Source: an uncultured Acidimicrobiaceae bacterium
GTDB taxonomy: Bacteria; Actinomycetota; Acidimicrobiia; Acidimicrobiales; Bog-793
Length of the DNA: 64,000 bases
Assembly (NCBI GenBank): GCA_963785415.1
Contig: CAWAVB010000001.1
Span: 1,187,922-1,251,921 of the forward strand
Reading direction: 5' to 3'
Positions 9,280 through 22,349 of this stretch are shown here, one piece after another; the stretch's first letter is position 1; each line of letters starts with the position of its first letter. Below the pieces are notes generated by a model that ran no database searches, was not told the origin of the DNA, and saw nothing but the letters and a program-made list of their open reading frames with translations. Both the position numbers and the translations under genes were made by a program.

Positions 9280-10338
9280 GTGGCCGACGATGCCGGCGGT
9301 GTCGCCCGCGGCCGCCACGGACGAAAACGGTCCCAGGCCGGGGCTCGGACTCTGACGACGCGACGCGTTTGGTTCGTCTCCGCGGGTCTCGTCGCCGGAA
9401 TCCTCGCCGCCGCCACCGCGTCCGCCGGGGCCGGGACGTCGACGACCGGGAACCTCCAGTCGCAGGCGAGCGCGATCGCCACCGAGCTCGCCCAGGACAA
9501 CAACCAGCTCAACTCGCTCGGCGAGCAGTACCTCACGGCGAAGTCCGAATACGACGCCGCCAGCGCCGCCGCCAGGCACACCTCCGGGGTCGTCGTGCGG
9601 ATCGAGCACCTCCTCGGCCACGACCGCAACGACGTGGCCGCCGCGGCGATCGGCGCCTACGTCACCGCCGGGAGTACGACCGACCTCGGGACGTACCTCC
9701 TCGAGAAACCGGACGAGGTCGCCGTCGAGCAGACCTACCTCAACTTCGCCTCGAACAAGCTCAGCTCGGCGATCGCGAGCTACCAGGGCGACGAGACCCG
9801 CCTGCGCACGTCGCTCGCCGTCGAGACCCACGAGGCCGCCGTCGCCAAGGAGGCGCTCGCCCGCACGACCGCGGCGCGCACGAGCGTCGTCGGCACGCTC
9901 CAGAGCGAGCAGCGGCTCTACGACTCGGTGCAGGGCCAGCTCGCCCGGCTCGTCGCCGCCCAGCTCGCCGCCCAGCAAGCCGCCCAGCAAGCGGCCGCGG
10001 CGAAGTCCCAGGCCGCGCAGGGCACCAACGGGAACCAGACGGGGCCACCGTCGCTCGCCGGCACCCAGGGGATCGGCACGTCACCGATCCCGAACGGTTC
10101 GCTCAGCCAGGACTTCGCCGAGCTGCGCAACTGCGAGGCGAGCGGCGACTACCAGACGAACACGGGGAACGGCTACTACGGCGCCTATCAGTTCGCGCTC
10201 GGGACCTGGCTCGGCCTCGGCGAGACCGGCCTGCCGAGCGACGCGTCACCCGCCGTGCAGGACGCGGCCGCCTACCTGCTCTACCAGCGCGACGGCTGGC
10301 ACCCCTGGCCGGCCTGCTCCGCCATTCTCAACCTGTAG
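9280..10338 (+). CDS. Resuscitation-promoting-factor (Rpf)-like lytic transglycosylase with an N-terminal membrane anchor/signal and a coiled-coil
   Basis: The C-terminus NCEASGDYQTNTGNGYYGAYQFALGTWLGLG...GWHPWPACS matches the Rpf transglycosylase-like domain (catalytic Glu in CE(A)S). GTG start at 9280. Confidence 0.85.
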   Translation: MADDAGGVARGRHGRKRSQAGARTLTTRRVWFVSAGLVAGILAAATASAGAGTSTTGNLQSQASAIATELAQDNNQLNSLGEQYLTAKSEYDAASAAARHTSGVVVRIEHLLGHDRNDVAAAAIGAYVTAGSTTDLGTYLLEKPDEVAVEQTYLNFASNKLSSAIASYQGDETRLRTSLAVETHEAAVAKEALARTTAARTSVVGTLQSEQRLYDSVQGQLARLVAAQLAAQQAAQQAAAAKSQAAQGTNGNQTGPPSLAGTQGIGTSPIPNGSLSQDFAELRNCEASGDYQTNTGNGYYGAYQFALGTWLGLGETGLPSDASPAVQDAAAYLLYQRDGWHPWPACSAILNL

Positions 10339-10339
10339 G

Positions 10340-14122
<3,783 letters not shown>

Positions 14123-15178
14123 CTACCCTCCGAGCGCGCTCTTGGCGCCGACGGCCGCGGGGTTCGGCACGAGATCGACGGGTGGGCCGGCCGGCGGCCG
14201 GACCTCCCAGGTGCCGCTCACCTTCGCCCAGGTGCCGTACGTCGGGTCGACCGACACGTGCGCGGCGACGACGATGGCGCTGAGCTGCTTGGCCGCCGCG
14301 GTCCTCCCGGCGCTGATCACGGCGTTTGCCGCTTGTTTGAGCGGCGCGGCCGGCCGGCGGGTGACCTTCAGGAGCAGCCAGTACTTCTGGAAATGGACCG
14401 GGCTGGAGAGTCTTCCGAGGGCCAGGCGCCGGACGACGCCCCCGAGCGGGCTCGTGAAACTCGACGGCAGGATGCAGCCGAGGTAACCGCCCTTCGGCGC
14501 CGACGAGGCGTCGAGCGAGTTCTTGCGGGCGATCTTGGCGAAGCTGACGCCGCCGTAGATCGCCGTCGCGAACTGCTCCGCCTTGGCCTGGGACGCGAGT
14601 TCGATCGCCCAGGTGCAGTCGAGCGTCGTCGCCGCCCGGTGGTGCCGTTCGTAGCTCACGATGCCCGCGTTCGACAACGAGGCGCCGGCGGCACGGGCGG
14701 CGAGCGCGTCCTCGTCGGCCTGGAGCTGGACGAGGGCCGCGCGGAACCCGCCAGAGAGGGCGGCGAGCACCTGCTTGCCGGTGACGTGGCAGGCCGAACC
14801 GGACTGGGGCGTGAAGTCCGACTCGATTTCGTTCTCGGCGAGGCCCAGCGCGACCGGACCCTCGGCGAGCCGGAGCCGGCCGACGGCGACGTGGATGGCG
14901 TCGGCCTCGATGAGCAGCGAGAGGGCACCGGCGGCGAACGTCGCGTTGTAGGTGCCCCGGGCGACGCCGACGACGGAGGTCGCGCCCCCTGAAGCCGACT
15001 CGACGAGGCAACGGTACCCGGGATCGGCCGCCACGGAGTCGAGGGCGGAGTCGAGCGTCGACTGGGAGACGGCCGCTCCGTTGACGCGGGCAGCGTACGG
15101 CGTGAACTGCGCGTCGCAGGCGCCGAGCGCCAGGGCCGCGGCGAGCGCCACGCCGACGAGAACAGGGATCCTGCGCAC
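14123..15178 (-). CDS. Lipoprotein with a PpiC/parvulin-type peptidyl-prolyl isomerase domain (SurA/PrsA-like)
   Basis: GTG at 15178 gives VRRIPVLVGVALAAALALGAC (lipobox). Later SFAKIARKNSLDASSAPKGGYLGCI matches the parvulin pattern. The track ORF extends upstream only as Arg-rich junk. Confidence 0.7.
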   Translation of the reverse strand: MRRIPVLVGVALAAALALGACDAQFTPYAARVNGAAVSQSTLDSALDSVAADPGYRCLVESASGGATSVVGVARGTYNATFAAGALSLLIEADAIHVAVGRLRLAEGPVALGLAENEIESDFTPQSGSACHVTGKQVLAALSGGFRAALVQLQADEDALAARAAGASLSNAGIVSYERHHRAATTLDCTWAIELASQAKAEQFATAIYGGVSFAKIARKNSLDASSAPKGGYLGCILPSSFTSPLGGVVRRLALGRLSSPVHFQKYWLLLKVTRRPAAPLKQAANAVISAGRTAAAKQLSAIVVAAHVSVDPTYGTWAKVSGTWEVRPPAGPPVDLVPNPAAVGAKSALGG

Positions 15179-15222
15179 GGTGAGCCGATGGTACGGGCAG
15201 TCCGGGCGCCAAGCCAACCGGT

Positions 15223-18200
15223 TCACACCCCCCCACCGCCGTTTGCCGGCATGAGCGCGGCGAGCAACGTCACGAGGTCTGCAGCGACTCGGCGGCCCGC
15301 CACGAGCGGGACGACGAGTTGCGGAGGTTCCTCCTTGAGGATCGCCCGCGGGGCGAGCCGGCTGAGCCGGACCTGCGCCGAGGCCGGGAGCCGGACCGGA
15401 GTGAGGCGGGCGACCGCCTCGCCGACTCGTCCCGGACCGCCCGACCCCGGCCGCACCGCGACGACGGTCGCCTCCGTCACCCCGGTCCGCACGCACTCGG
15501 CGCGCAGGCGCGCGATCTCGAGGAGCGCCTCCGCCGGGGCCGGAAGGGGCCCGTAGCGGTCGAGCCACTCGGCCCCGATGTCGTCGACCTCGGCCACGGC
15601 CCGCACCGCCGCGAGCCGGCGGTACGCCTCGAGGCGGAGGTCCTCCCGGGCGACGTAGCTCGCCGGCAGGTGGGCGTCGAGCGGCACGTCGAGGCGGACC
15701 TCGCTCGGCTGCGGGACCTCCTCGCCTTTCAGCTCGGCGACCGCCTCGGCGACCATGCGGACGTAGAGGTCGTAGCCGACCGCGGCGATGTGCCCGGACT
15801 GGTCCGTGCCCAGAAGGCTGCCCGCGCCGCGGATCTCGAGGTCGCGCATCGCGATCTTGAAGCCCGATCCGAGTTCGGTGTGCTCGCCGATCGTGCGCAG
15901 CCGTTCGTAGGCCTGCTCGGAAAGGACGCAGTCGGCCGGGTGGAACAGGTAGGCGTACGCCCGCGACGACGAGCGACCGACCCGGCCGCGCAGTTGGTGG
16001 AGCTGGCCCAGGCCCAACAGGTCGGCCCGGTCGACGACGAGGGTGTTCACCGCCGGCATGTCGATCCCGGACTCGATGATCGTCGTGCAGACGAGCACGT
16101 CGTAGCGTCCTTCGGCGAAGTCGACGACGGTCCGCTCGAGGCTCGCCTCGTCCATCTGGCCGTGGGCGATCGCGACGCGCGCCTCGGGCGCGAGGGCGGC
16201 GACGCGGGCCGCCACCGCCTCGATGCCCTCGACGCGGTTGTGCACGAAAAAGACCTGTCCCTCGCGTAGTAGCTCGCGGCGGATCGCCTCGGCGACGGCG
16301 CGGTCGTCCTCCTCGCCGACGTAGGTGAGGATCGGCTGGCGTTCGGCCGGGGGGGTGTCGATGACGGAGAGGTCCCGGATCCCCGTGAGGCCCATCTCGA
16401 GAGTGCGCGGGATCGGGTTCGCCGTGAGCGTGAGAGCGTCGACGCCGATCGCCAGCTTCTTGATCGCCTCTTTCTGGTTCACGCCGAAGCGCTGCTCCTC
16501 GTCGACGACGAGCAGACCGAGCTTCCGGAACTTGACGTCGTCGGTGAGGAGCCGGTGGGTCCCGACGACGACATCGACCGAGCCGGAGGCGATCCCCCGG
16601 ACGACGGCTGCGGCCTCGGCGGCCGTGAGGAACCGGGAGAGCATCTCGACCCGCACCGGGTAGGGCGCGAAACGGTCGGCGAACGTCTGGAAATGCTGCC
16701 GGGCGAGGATCGTCGTCGGCACGAGGATGGCGACCTGTGTGCCGTCCTGGACCGCCTTGAAGGCGGCCCGCACCGCGATCTCGGTCTTGCCGAACCCGAC
16801 GTCGCCGCAGACGAGGCGGTCCATCGGCACGGGACGCTCCATGTCCGCCTTCACCTCGGCGGCGGCGCGCAACTGGTCGGCGGTCTCGGGATAGGGGAAG
16901 GACTGCTCGAGCTCGGCCTGCCAGGGGGTGTCGGGGGAGAAGGCGTGGCCCGGCGAGGCGAGGCGGCGGCGGTACAGGACGACGAGCTCCTGGGCGACGG
17001 CGCGCACCGCCTGGCGGACGCGGGAGCGCTGCCGTCGCCAGTCGTTGCCGTTCAGCCGGTTGAGCGTCGGGTGCTCGCCGCCCGTGTACGGCGTGATGGC
17101 GTCGATCTGGTCCGAGGGGACGTAGAGCCGGTCCCCGCCCCGGTACTCGAGGAGGAGATAGTCGCGTTCGGTGCCCGCGACGCCGCGGCGCACCATGCCG
17201 CCGTAGCGGGCGACGCCGTGGACGTGGTGGACGACGAAGCTGCCGACGGCGAGGTCGTCGAAGAACCCCTCGACGGGACGGGCGCGCGCCCGGGGCACAC
17301 GGTGCGGGCGGTGCCGCCCGGTGAGATCGCTCTCGGCGAGCACGGCGACGCGCGCGGCGTCGAGCACGAAGCCCCGGTCGAGCGACGCCACGACGACGTG
17401 CGTCCCAGGCTCCCGCAACGCCCGGATGCGCCCACCTTGTCCGGCGGGAGCCGCGAGGAACCGGTCGACGTTGACTCCGGCCTCGTCGAGCACGTCGGCG
17501 ATCCGGGCGGCGCTGCCGGCCCCCTCGGCGGCGACGACGACGGCCGTGCCCGCCCGCGTGAGCTCGCCGATCCGGCGGGCGAGGGGCGCCGCGTCACCGA
17601 GCGCCTGGGGCCAGCCAGCCACGCGGATCGTCGGGGTCTGCGGCCCCTCCGCCGTCGCCAGCAGTGACGCGACCCGCGCCGGGGTCCTCGCGAGCAGCCG
17701 GTCGAAACCGAGGTGCAACGCCGGGAAGATCGCCGCCGCCTGCGCCGCCGGCGAGTCCTTCGCCCGCCAGGTCTCGGCGAGCGACGCCGCGAGCGTCGCC
17801 TCTTCGTCGAGGATCTCGACGGCCCGGTCCCGCATCCGCCGGGGCTCGATGAGCACGATCCGGTCGGTCGGGCCGAGCAGGTCGGTGACCAGGCCTCCGG
17901 CCCCGTCGAGCCACGGCAGGAAGGACTCGAGGCCGTCGAAAACCTCACCTTCCGCGATGCGGGCGAACTGCTCGCGGGCGAACGGCGCCTTCCGGGCGAG
18001 CTCGGCCGCGACCTTGCGGCGCTCGTCAGTGACCAGGAGCTCCCGGCAGCCGAAGACCTCGACCGAATCGAGGTCGCGCACGCTGCGCTGGTCGACAACG
18101 TCGAAGACCGTGAGCCGCTCCACGAGATCTCCGTAGCAGTCGACGCGCACGCCGTTGTCCGAGGTCGACGGGAACAGGTCGACGATGCCTCCGCGCACGG

Positions 18201-18753
18201 CGACCTCGCCCCGGTGCTCGACCTGGTATTCCCGGCGGTATCCCGCGGCGACGAGGTGCGCGACGAGCCCCGTGGGATCGATCTCGCCCCCTTGACGGAT
18301 GACGAGCGGTGCAGCATCGGAGGAGGTCGCCGCCAGCCGCTGCAGGAGCGCCCGGACGGGCGCGACGACGACCAACGTCTCGGGCCGGTCCCCACCCTCC
18401 GGGCCGTGGCCGGCGTGCGCCCGGTCGATACGCCAGATCGTCCGCAGACGGCTGCCCATGGTCTCCTCGGCGGGCGAGACCCGTTCGAAAGGCAGTGTCT
18501 CCCAGGCGGGCATCACGGCGACGCTGGCGGGGTCGTAGAAGGCCCCGAGATCGTGGGCGATCCGGTCGGCCTCGACGCCGGTCGGCGTCCCGACAAGTAC
18601 AACGGGCGCGACACCGAGTGCAGCGACCCCCGCCAGCACGAACGGACGGGCGGGGTCGGCGACCGCGATGGCGGTGTCCCCCACGCTGAGCAGTTCGGCG
18701 AGCGCCGGCTCGGTGGCAAGCGCGCCGACGAGCGACGAGAGCGGAGCGGTCAT
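15223..18753 (-). CDS. mfd: Transcription-repair coupling factor Mfd
   Basis: 1176 aa with GDVGFGKTEIAVRAAF (Walker A), VVDEEQRFG, the helicase C-terminal motif QLHQLRGRVGR, and a CarD/TRCF domain. Confidence 0.95.
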   Translation of the reverse strand: MTAPLSSLVGALATEPALAELLSVGDTAIAVADPARPFVLAGVAALGVAPVVLVGTPTGVEADRIAHDLGAFYDPASVAVMPAWETLPFERVSPAEETMGSRLRTIWRIDRAHAGHGPEGGDRPETLVVVAPVRALLQRLAATSSDAAPLVIRQGGEIDPTGLVAHLVAAGYRREYQVEHRGEVAVRGGIVDLFPSTSDNGVRVDCYGDLVERLTVFDVVDQRSVRDLDSVEVFGCRELLVTDERRKVAAELARKAPFAREQFARIAEGEVFDGLESFLPWLDGAGGLVTDLLGPTDRIVLIEPRRMRDRAVEILDEEATLAASLAETWRAKDSPAAQAAAIFPALHLGFDRLLARTPARVASLLATAEGPQTPTIRVAGWPQALGDAAPLARRIGELTRAGTAVVVAAEGAGSAARIADVLDEAGVNVDRFLAAPAGQGGRIRALREPGTHVVVASLDRGFVLDAARVAVLAESDLTGRHRPHRVPRARARPVEGFFDDLAVGSFVVHHVHGVARYGGMVRRGVAGTERDYLLLEYRGGDRLYVPSDQIDAITPYTGGEHPTLNRLNGNDWRRQRSRVRQAVRAVAQELVVLYRRRLASPGHAFSPDTPWQAELEQSFPYPETADQLRAAAEVKADMERPVPMDRLVCGDVGFGKTEIAVRAAFKAVQDGTQVAILVPTTILARQHFQTFADRFAPYPVRVEMLSRFLTAAEAAAVVRGIASGSVDVVVGTHRLLTDDVKFRKLGLLVVDEEQRFGVNQKEAIKKLAIGVDALTLTANPIPRTLEMGLTGIRDLSVIDTPPAERQPILTYVGEEDDRAVAEAIRRELLREGQVFFVHNRVEGIEAVAARVAALAPEARVAIAHGQMDEASLERTVVDFAEGRYDVLVCTTIIESGIDMPAVNTLVVDRADLLGLGQLHQLRGRVGRSSSRAYAYLFHPADCVLSEQAYERLRTIGEHTELGSGFKIAMRDLEIRGAGSLLGTDQSGHIAAVGYDLYVRMVAEAVAELKGEEVPQPSEVRLDVPLDAHLPASYVAREDLRLEAYRRLAAVRAVAEVDDIGAEWLDRYGPLPAPAEALLEIARLRAECVRTGVTEATVVAVRPGSGGPGRVGEAVARLTPVRLPASAQVRLSRLAPRAILKEEPPQLVVPLVAGRRVAADLVTLLAALMPANGGGGV

Positions 18754-19379
18754 CCCCCGGCGTTCACTGCCGTCATCGCGGCGTCGAGGCCCGTGGAGAA
18801 GATGAGCTCCACCGCGTCGGCGGCCCGTTCGACGGCACCGGCAAGGAGCTCGGATTCCGGCCCCGACGGCCGGCGCAGGACATAGTCGGCCCCGGGCATC
18901 CGCCCCGGCGGCTTGCCGATTCCGATCCTCACCCTGGCGAATTCGAGCGTCCCGAGGTGCTGCTCGGCCGACTTCAGACCGTTGTGGCCGGCCGACCCGC
19001 CTCCGAGCTTGACCCGGACGACCCCGACCGGGAGGTCGAGCTCGTCGTGGACGACCACGAGCGACGCCGGGTCGTCAACCGAATAACGGCGCACGAGCGC
19101 CACGAGCGCCATGCCCGAGTCGTTCATGTAGGTGACAGGGATCGCCAGCGCGAGCTTGCGGTCGCCGGAGACGACGGCGACCGCCCGGGACGACGTCCCG
19201 CGCTCGGCACGCAGCACCGCTCCGTGGCGCTGGGCGACGATCGCGACCGCGTCGGCGCCGACATTGTGACGGGTGTGCGCGTACTCGGAACCGGGGTTGC
19301 CCAGCCCGACCGCGAGCAGGTCGGCGATCGCTCCGGTCCTCGCTCGAGCAGAGCGCCGACCGATGAGCGCCGTCGTCAG
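18750..19379 (-). CDS. pth: Peptidyl-tRNA hydrolase; the conserved N-terminus lies upstream of the only canonical start
   Basis: My translation gives LLAVGLGNPGSEYAHTRHNVGADAV upstream of the GTG at 19217, and GHNGLKS downstream. Between the in-frame TGA and that GTG there is no ATG/GTG/TTG, only CTG (19379, 19316) and ATC. The 5' end given is the CTG that overlaps the rplY stop. Confidence 0.75.
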   Translation of the reverse strand: MTTALIGRRSARARTGAIADLLAVGLGNPGSEYAHTRHNVGADAVAIVAQRHGAVLRAERGTSSRAVAVVSGDRKLALAIPVTYMNDSGMALVALVRRYSVDDPASLVVVHDELDLPVGVVRVKLGGGSAGHNGLKSAEQHLGTLEFARVRIGIGKPPGRMPGADYVLRRPSGPESELLAGAVERAADAVELIFSTGLDAAMTAVNAGG

Positions 19380-20026
19380 CTCCCGGCGGCTTCGTCAGTC
19401 GGGATTTCGACCGCGGGCTCAGCCGGGGCGACGCCCTCCTCCTCCTCGGGAGGCGCCTCGACGACCTCGACCCGGGCCGCGTGACCGACGACGACCGGGG
19501 ACTCCGGATCAGCGTCGAGCGTCACGCCCGGCGGGATCGTGATCACGGTGAGCCGGATCGCGTCGCCGATGTCGAGCTCACTGATGTCGACCTCGAACGA
19601 ACGCGGGATGTCCGCCGGCTTGGCGTGGACGTCGACCGAGAGCAACAGCTGCTCCACCGTCCCGCCGACCCGGTTGACGGCGACCGCCTCGCCGACGAGC
19701 ACGACGGGGACCTCGGCGGCGACGATCTCGTCGCGGCGCACGACGATGAAGTCGACGTGCGCGACCGTCTGACGCACCGGGTGGTGCTGCAGTTCACGGG
19801 CCAACGCGAGGTGGTGCGTCTTGCCTATCGTCAAGTCGATGAGCGCGTTCGCCCCGGCTTCGGTCGAGAGCGCGCCATGCAGCGCCCGCTCGTCGACGCT
19901 CACCGGGATCGGCGTGACCCCGTGGCCGTAGACGACGCCGGGGACCCGGCCTCGGACTCGGAGACGCCGGGTCGCGGGCGAGCCCTTGTCGCTGCGGGGT
20001 TCTGCGACGAGAGCAACCTCATCCAT
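19376..20026 (-). CDS. rplY: 50S ribosomal protein L25 / general stress protein Ctc
   Basis: ATG at 20026 with GAGGAG upstream. The sequence has RRLRVRGRVPGVVYGHG...ALIDLTIG...HHLALARELQHHPV and an acidic C-terminal tail. Confidence 0.9.
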   Translation of the reverse strand: MDEVALVAEPRSDKGSPATRRLRVRGRVPGVVYGHGVTPIPVSVDERALHGALSTEAGANALIDLTIGKTHHLALARELQHHPVRQTVAHVDFIVVRRDEIVAAEVPVVLVGEAVAVNRVGGTVEQLLLSVDVHAKPADIPRSFEVDISELDIGDAIRLTVITIPPGVTLDADPESPVVVGHAARVEVVEAPPEEEEGVAPAEPAVEIPTDEAAGS

Positions 20027-20097
20027 GTCAACGCGCTCCTCGGGGTTCGAATCCAGTCGATTGCGGCCGCATCTCGCGGGGCCCCGTCTGTGGGCCG

Positions 20098-20120
20098 CGA
20101 CACGGCACTTATCCGTGTCG
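20098..20120 (-). other. Perfect 8-bp stem / 7-nt loop hairpin in the 221-nt prs-rplY spacer
   Basis: cgacacgg-cacttat-ccgtgtcg seen directly. It could be a leader or attenuator structure for rplY-pth, or an mRNA-stability element. Confidence 0.3.
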
Positions 20121-20247
20121 AGTCTAGGCGACCTGCGACTGCGGCCGGAACTGGTCCCCTCGGGGCGGCGCCACGGCACGCACCGCCTGCCGCGCCCGGA
20201 CCGCCCTCCGGGTTCGGCGGGAGATCGAGACGCCGGGACCTGCCGGC

Positions 20248-21219
20248 TCAGACGAGATTGTTCCCTCCGAAGATGCCCGAGACCGACGTGTCCTCGAACA
20301 CGGCGTCGATCGCCGCTGCGATGAGCGGCGCGACGGAGAGCACCTCGACCTTGTCGATCAGCCTTTCCTTGGGCAAGGGCAGGGTGTTCGTCACGATCAC
20401 GCGGCTGATCGTGTCGGCGCGCAACCGCTCGAGTGCCGGATCGGAGAGCACGGCGTGCGTCGCCATCGCCCAGACGTCGGTCGCGCCCTCGTTCCTCAGG
20501 CGCTCGGCGGCGCCGATGATCGTGCCGCCGGTGTCGATGAGGTCGTCGATGATCACGCAGCGCCGGCCCTTCACGACACCGATCACCTCGCGGGCCTCGA
20601 CGCTGTTCGCCGTGCTCGTCAGCCGCCGCTTGTGGACGAAGGCCAGGTCAGCGCCAAGTTGCTGGCTGAACCGCTCGGCGACCTTCACCCGTCCCGCGTC
20701 CGGCGACACGATGACGAGCTCGTGCGGGTCCTGCTCGGCAAGGTAGTTGCACAGGACCGGCAGCGCGGTGAGGTGGTCGACGGGGAAGTTGAAGAAACCC
20801 TGGATCTGCCCCGAGTGCAGGTCGACGCTGACGACTCGGTCGGCACCCGCGGCGGAGAGCAGGTCGGCGACGAGCTTCGCCGTGATCGGTTCGCGCCCAG
20901 TCGACTTGCGGTCCTGCCGGGAGTAGCCGTAGTAGGGGCAGACGGCGGTGATCCGGTGCGCGGAGGCGCGCTTGGCGGCGTCGATCATGATCAGCTGCTC
21001 CATGATCGAGTCGTTCACTGGGTGGCTGTGGGTCTGGATGATAAAGACGTCCGAACCGCGGATCGATGCGTCGTAGCGGCAGTGGATCTGCCCGTCGGCG
21101 AAATCGTGCAGGTTCGCCTCGCCGAGCGCGATCCCGAGGTTGTCCGCGATCTCGTGCGCGAGCCCAGGGTGCGATCTCCCGCTGAACAACTCGAGACGTC
21201 GACGCGGTACAAGCTCCAT
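20248..21219 (-). CDS. prs: Ribose-phosphate pyrophosphokinase
   Basis: DLHSGQIQGFF, VSPDAGRVKVAE and IIDDLIDTGGT motifs. ATG at 21219 is preceded by GGGAGAGGGG. Confidence 0.95.
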   Translation of the reverse strand: MELVPRRRLELFSGRSHPGLAHEIADNLGIALGEANLHDFADGQIHCRYDASIRGSDVFIIQTHSHPVNDSIMEQLIMIDAAKRASAHRITAVCPYYGYSRQDRKSTGREPITAKLVADLLSAAGADRVVSVDLHSGQIQGFFNFPVDHLTALPVLCNYLAEQDPHELVIVSPDAGRVKVAERFSQQLGADLAFVHKRRLTSTANSVEAREVIGVVKGRRCVIIDDLIDTGGTIIGAAERLRNEGATDVWAMATHAVLSDPALERLRADTISRVIVTNTLPLPKERLIDKVEVLSVAPLIAAAIDAVFEDTSVSGIFGGNNLV

Positions 21220-21236
21220 CTTTTTCCCCTCTCCCA

Positions 21237-22349
21237 TCAGTCCTGACCGGAATCGTCAAATTCGATCGTGCGGAACGCCCCGGTCGCCGAATGTGCCTCG
21301 ACTCGGCTCCCCTTGTCCAGAAAGACGAACGGGCCGACGACGGCCCCTTCGCCGATCGTCGCGTTGCGCGCGACCGTCTGGGAGATCCTCGCCCCGGGTC
21401 CGACGACGCAGTCGACGAGTTGACAGTCCGGTCCGATGACCGCCCCCCTACCGACCGACGTCGCGCCTTCGAGGTGCACCCCGGGTTCGAGGACGACTTC
21501 CACGGCGAGCTCGACGCCGGAGTCAAGGTAGGTGTGGGTGGGATCGGTCATCGTCACGCCACGCCTCATCCACCGCTCGTTCAGCCGTTCGCGCAGCACC
21601 GCCTCCGCCACCGCGAGCTGGGCCCGGTCGTTCACCCCGGCCGCCTCGACGGGATCGGGCACGACCATCGTCACGACGGGATACCCCGCCCCGTCGAGCA
21701 CCCCGATCGCGTCGGTCAAGTAGTACTCGCCCTGCGCGTTCACAGGCGAGAGGCGGCGCAGAGCCGGCGCGAGGACGCCGTGCCGGAAGCAGTAGATCGA
21801 CGTCGCGATCTCGTCGATTCCGAGCTCCTCCTCGTTCGCGTCCGCGTGCTCGACGATGCGGGCGACGTTCCCGTTCTTGGACCGGACAACTCGGCCGTAT
21901 CCCACCGGGTCGGCGACCCGGGCGGTCAACAACGTCGCCGCGGCATCGCTCCGCCGGTGCGTTCGCACGAGCCCAGCGAGCGTCGCCGGCCGCAGAAGCG
22001 GGGTGTCGCCCGGCAGGATGACAAGGTCTCCGCCCGCGAGGTCTGTCCCCTCGTCGAACCCGGTGAGCGCGACGGCGGCGGCGTCGCCCGTCCCGAGCGG
22101 CTGGGTCTGCTCGACGAACTCGATCCGCAGTTCCGGGGGCGCCTCGGCCTGGATGGCCTTCACGACGTCGACCGAGCGGAACCCGACGACGACGACGACC
22201 CGCTCGACGGGCAGCTCGGCCAGGGCGTCGAGCACGTGGAGCACCATCGGCCGCCCACACAGCCGGTGGAGCGGCTTCGGCGTCGCCGAGCGCATCCGCG
22301 TCCCCTCCCCTGCGGCGAGGACGATCGCGGACAGCGGGCGGGGGACCAC
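21237..22349 (-). CDS. glmU: GlmU-like N-acetylglucosamine-1-phosphate uridyltransferase with a shortened left-handed beta-helix domain
   Basis: GTG at 22349 gives AIVLAAGEGTRMRSATPKPLHRLCGRPM, then a hexapeptide-repeat region ending ...VGPFVFLDKGSRVEAHSATGAFRTIEFDDSGQD-stop. About 371 aa, and prs follows immediately. Confidence 0.75.
   Translation of the reverse strand: MVPRPLSAIVLAAGEGTRMRSATPKPLHRLCGRPMVLHVLDALAELPVERVVVVVGFRSVDVVKAIQAEAPPELRIEFVEQTQPLGTGDAAAVALTGFDEGTDLAGGDLVILPGDTPLLRPATLAGLVRTHRRSDAAATLLTARVADPVGYGRVVRSKNGNVARIVEHADANEEELGIDEIATSIYCFRHGVLAPALRRLSPVNAQGEYYLTDAIGVLDGAGYPVVTMVVPDPVEAAGVNDRAQLAVAEAVLRERLNERWMRRGVTMTDPTHTYLDSGVELAVEVVLEPGVHLEGATSVGRGAVIGPDCQLVDCVVGPGARISQTVARNATIGEGAVVGPFVFLDKGSRVEAHSATGAFRTIEFDDSGQD

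Noticed and set aside
20044-20054. GGTTCGAATCC, the classic tRNA T-arm/T-loop sequence, just upstream of rplY
   Set aside because: The flanking bases do not form a T-stem (cgggg / ccagt). I could not fold an acceptor, D or anticodon arm, and the upstream 60 nt would lie inside the rplY coding sequence. I treat it as chance; a tRNAscan-type search would settle it.
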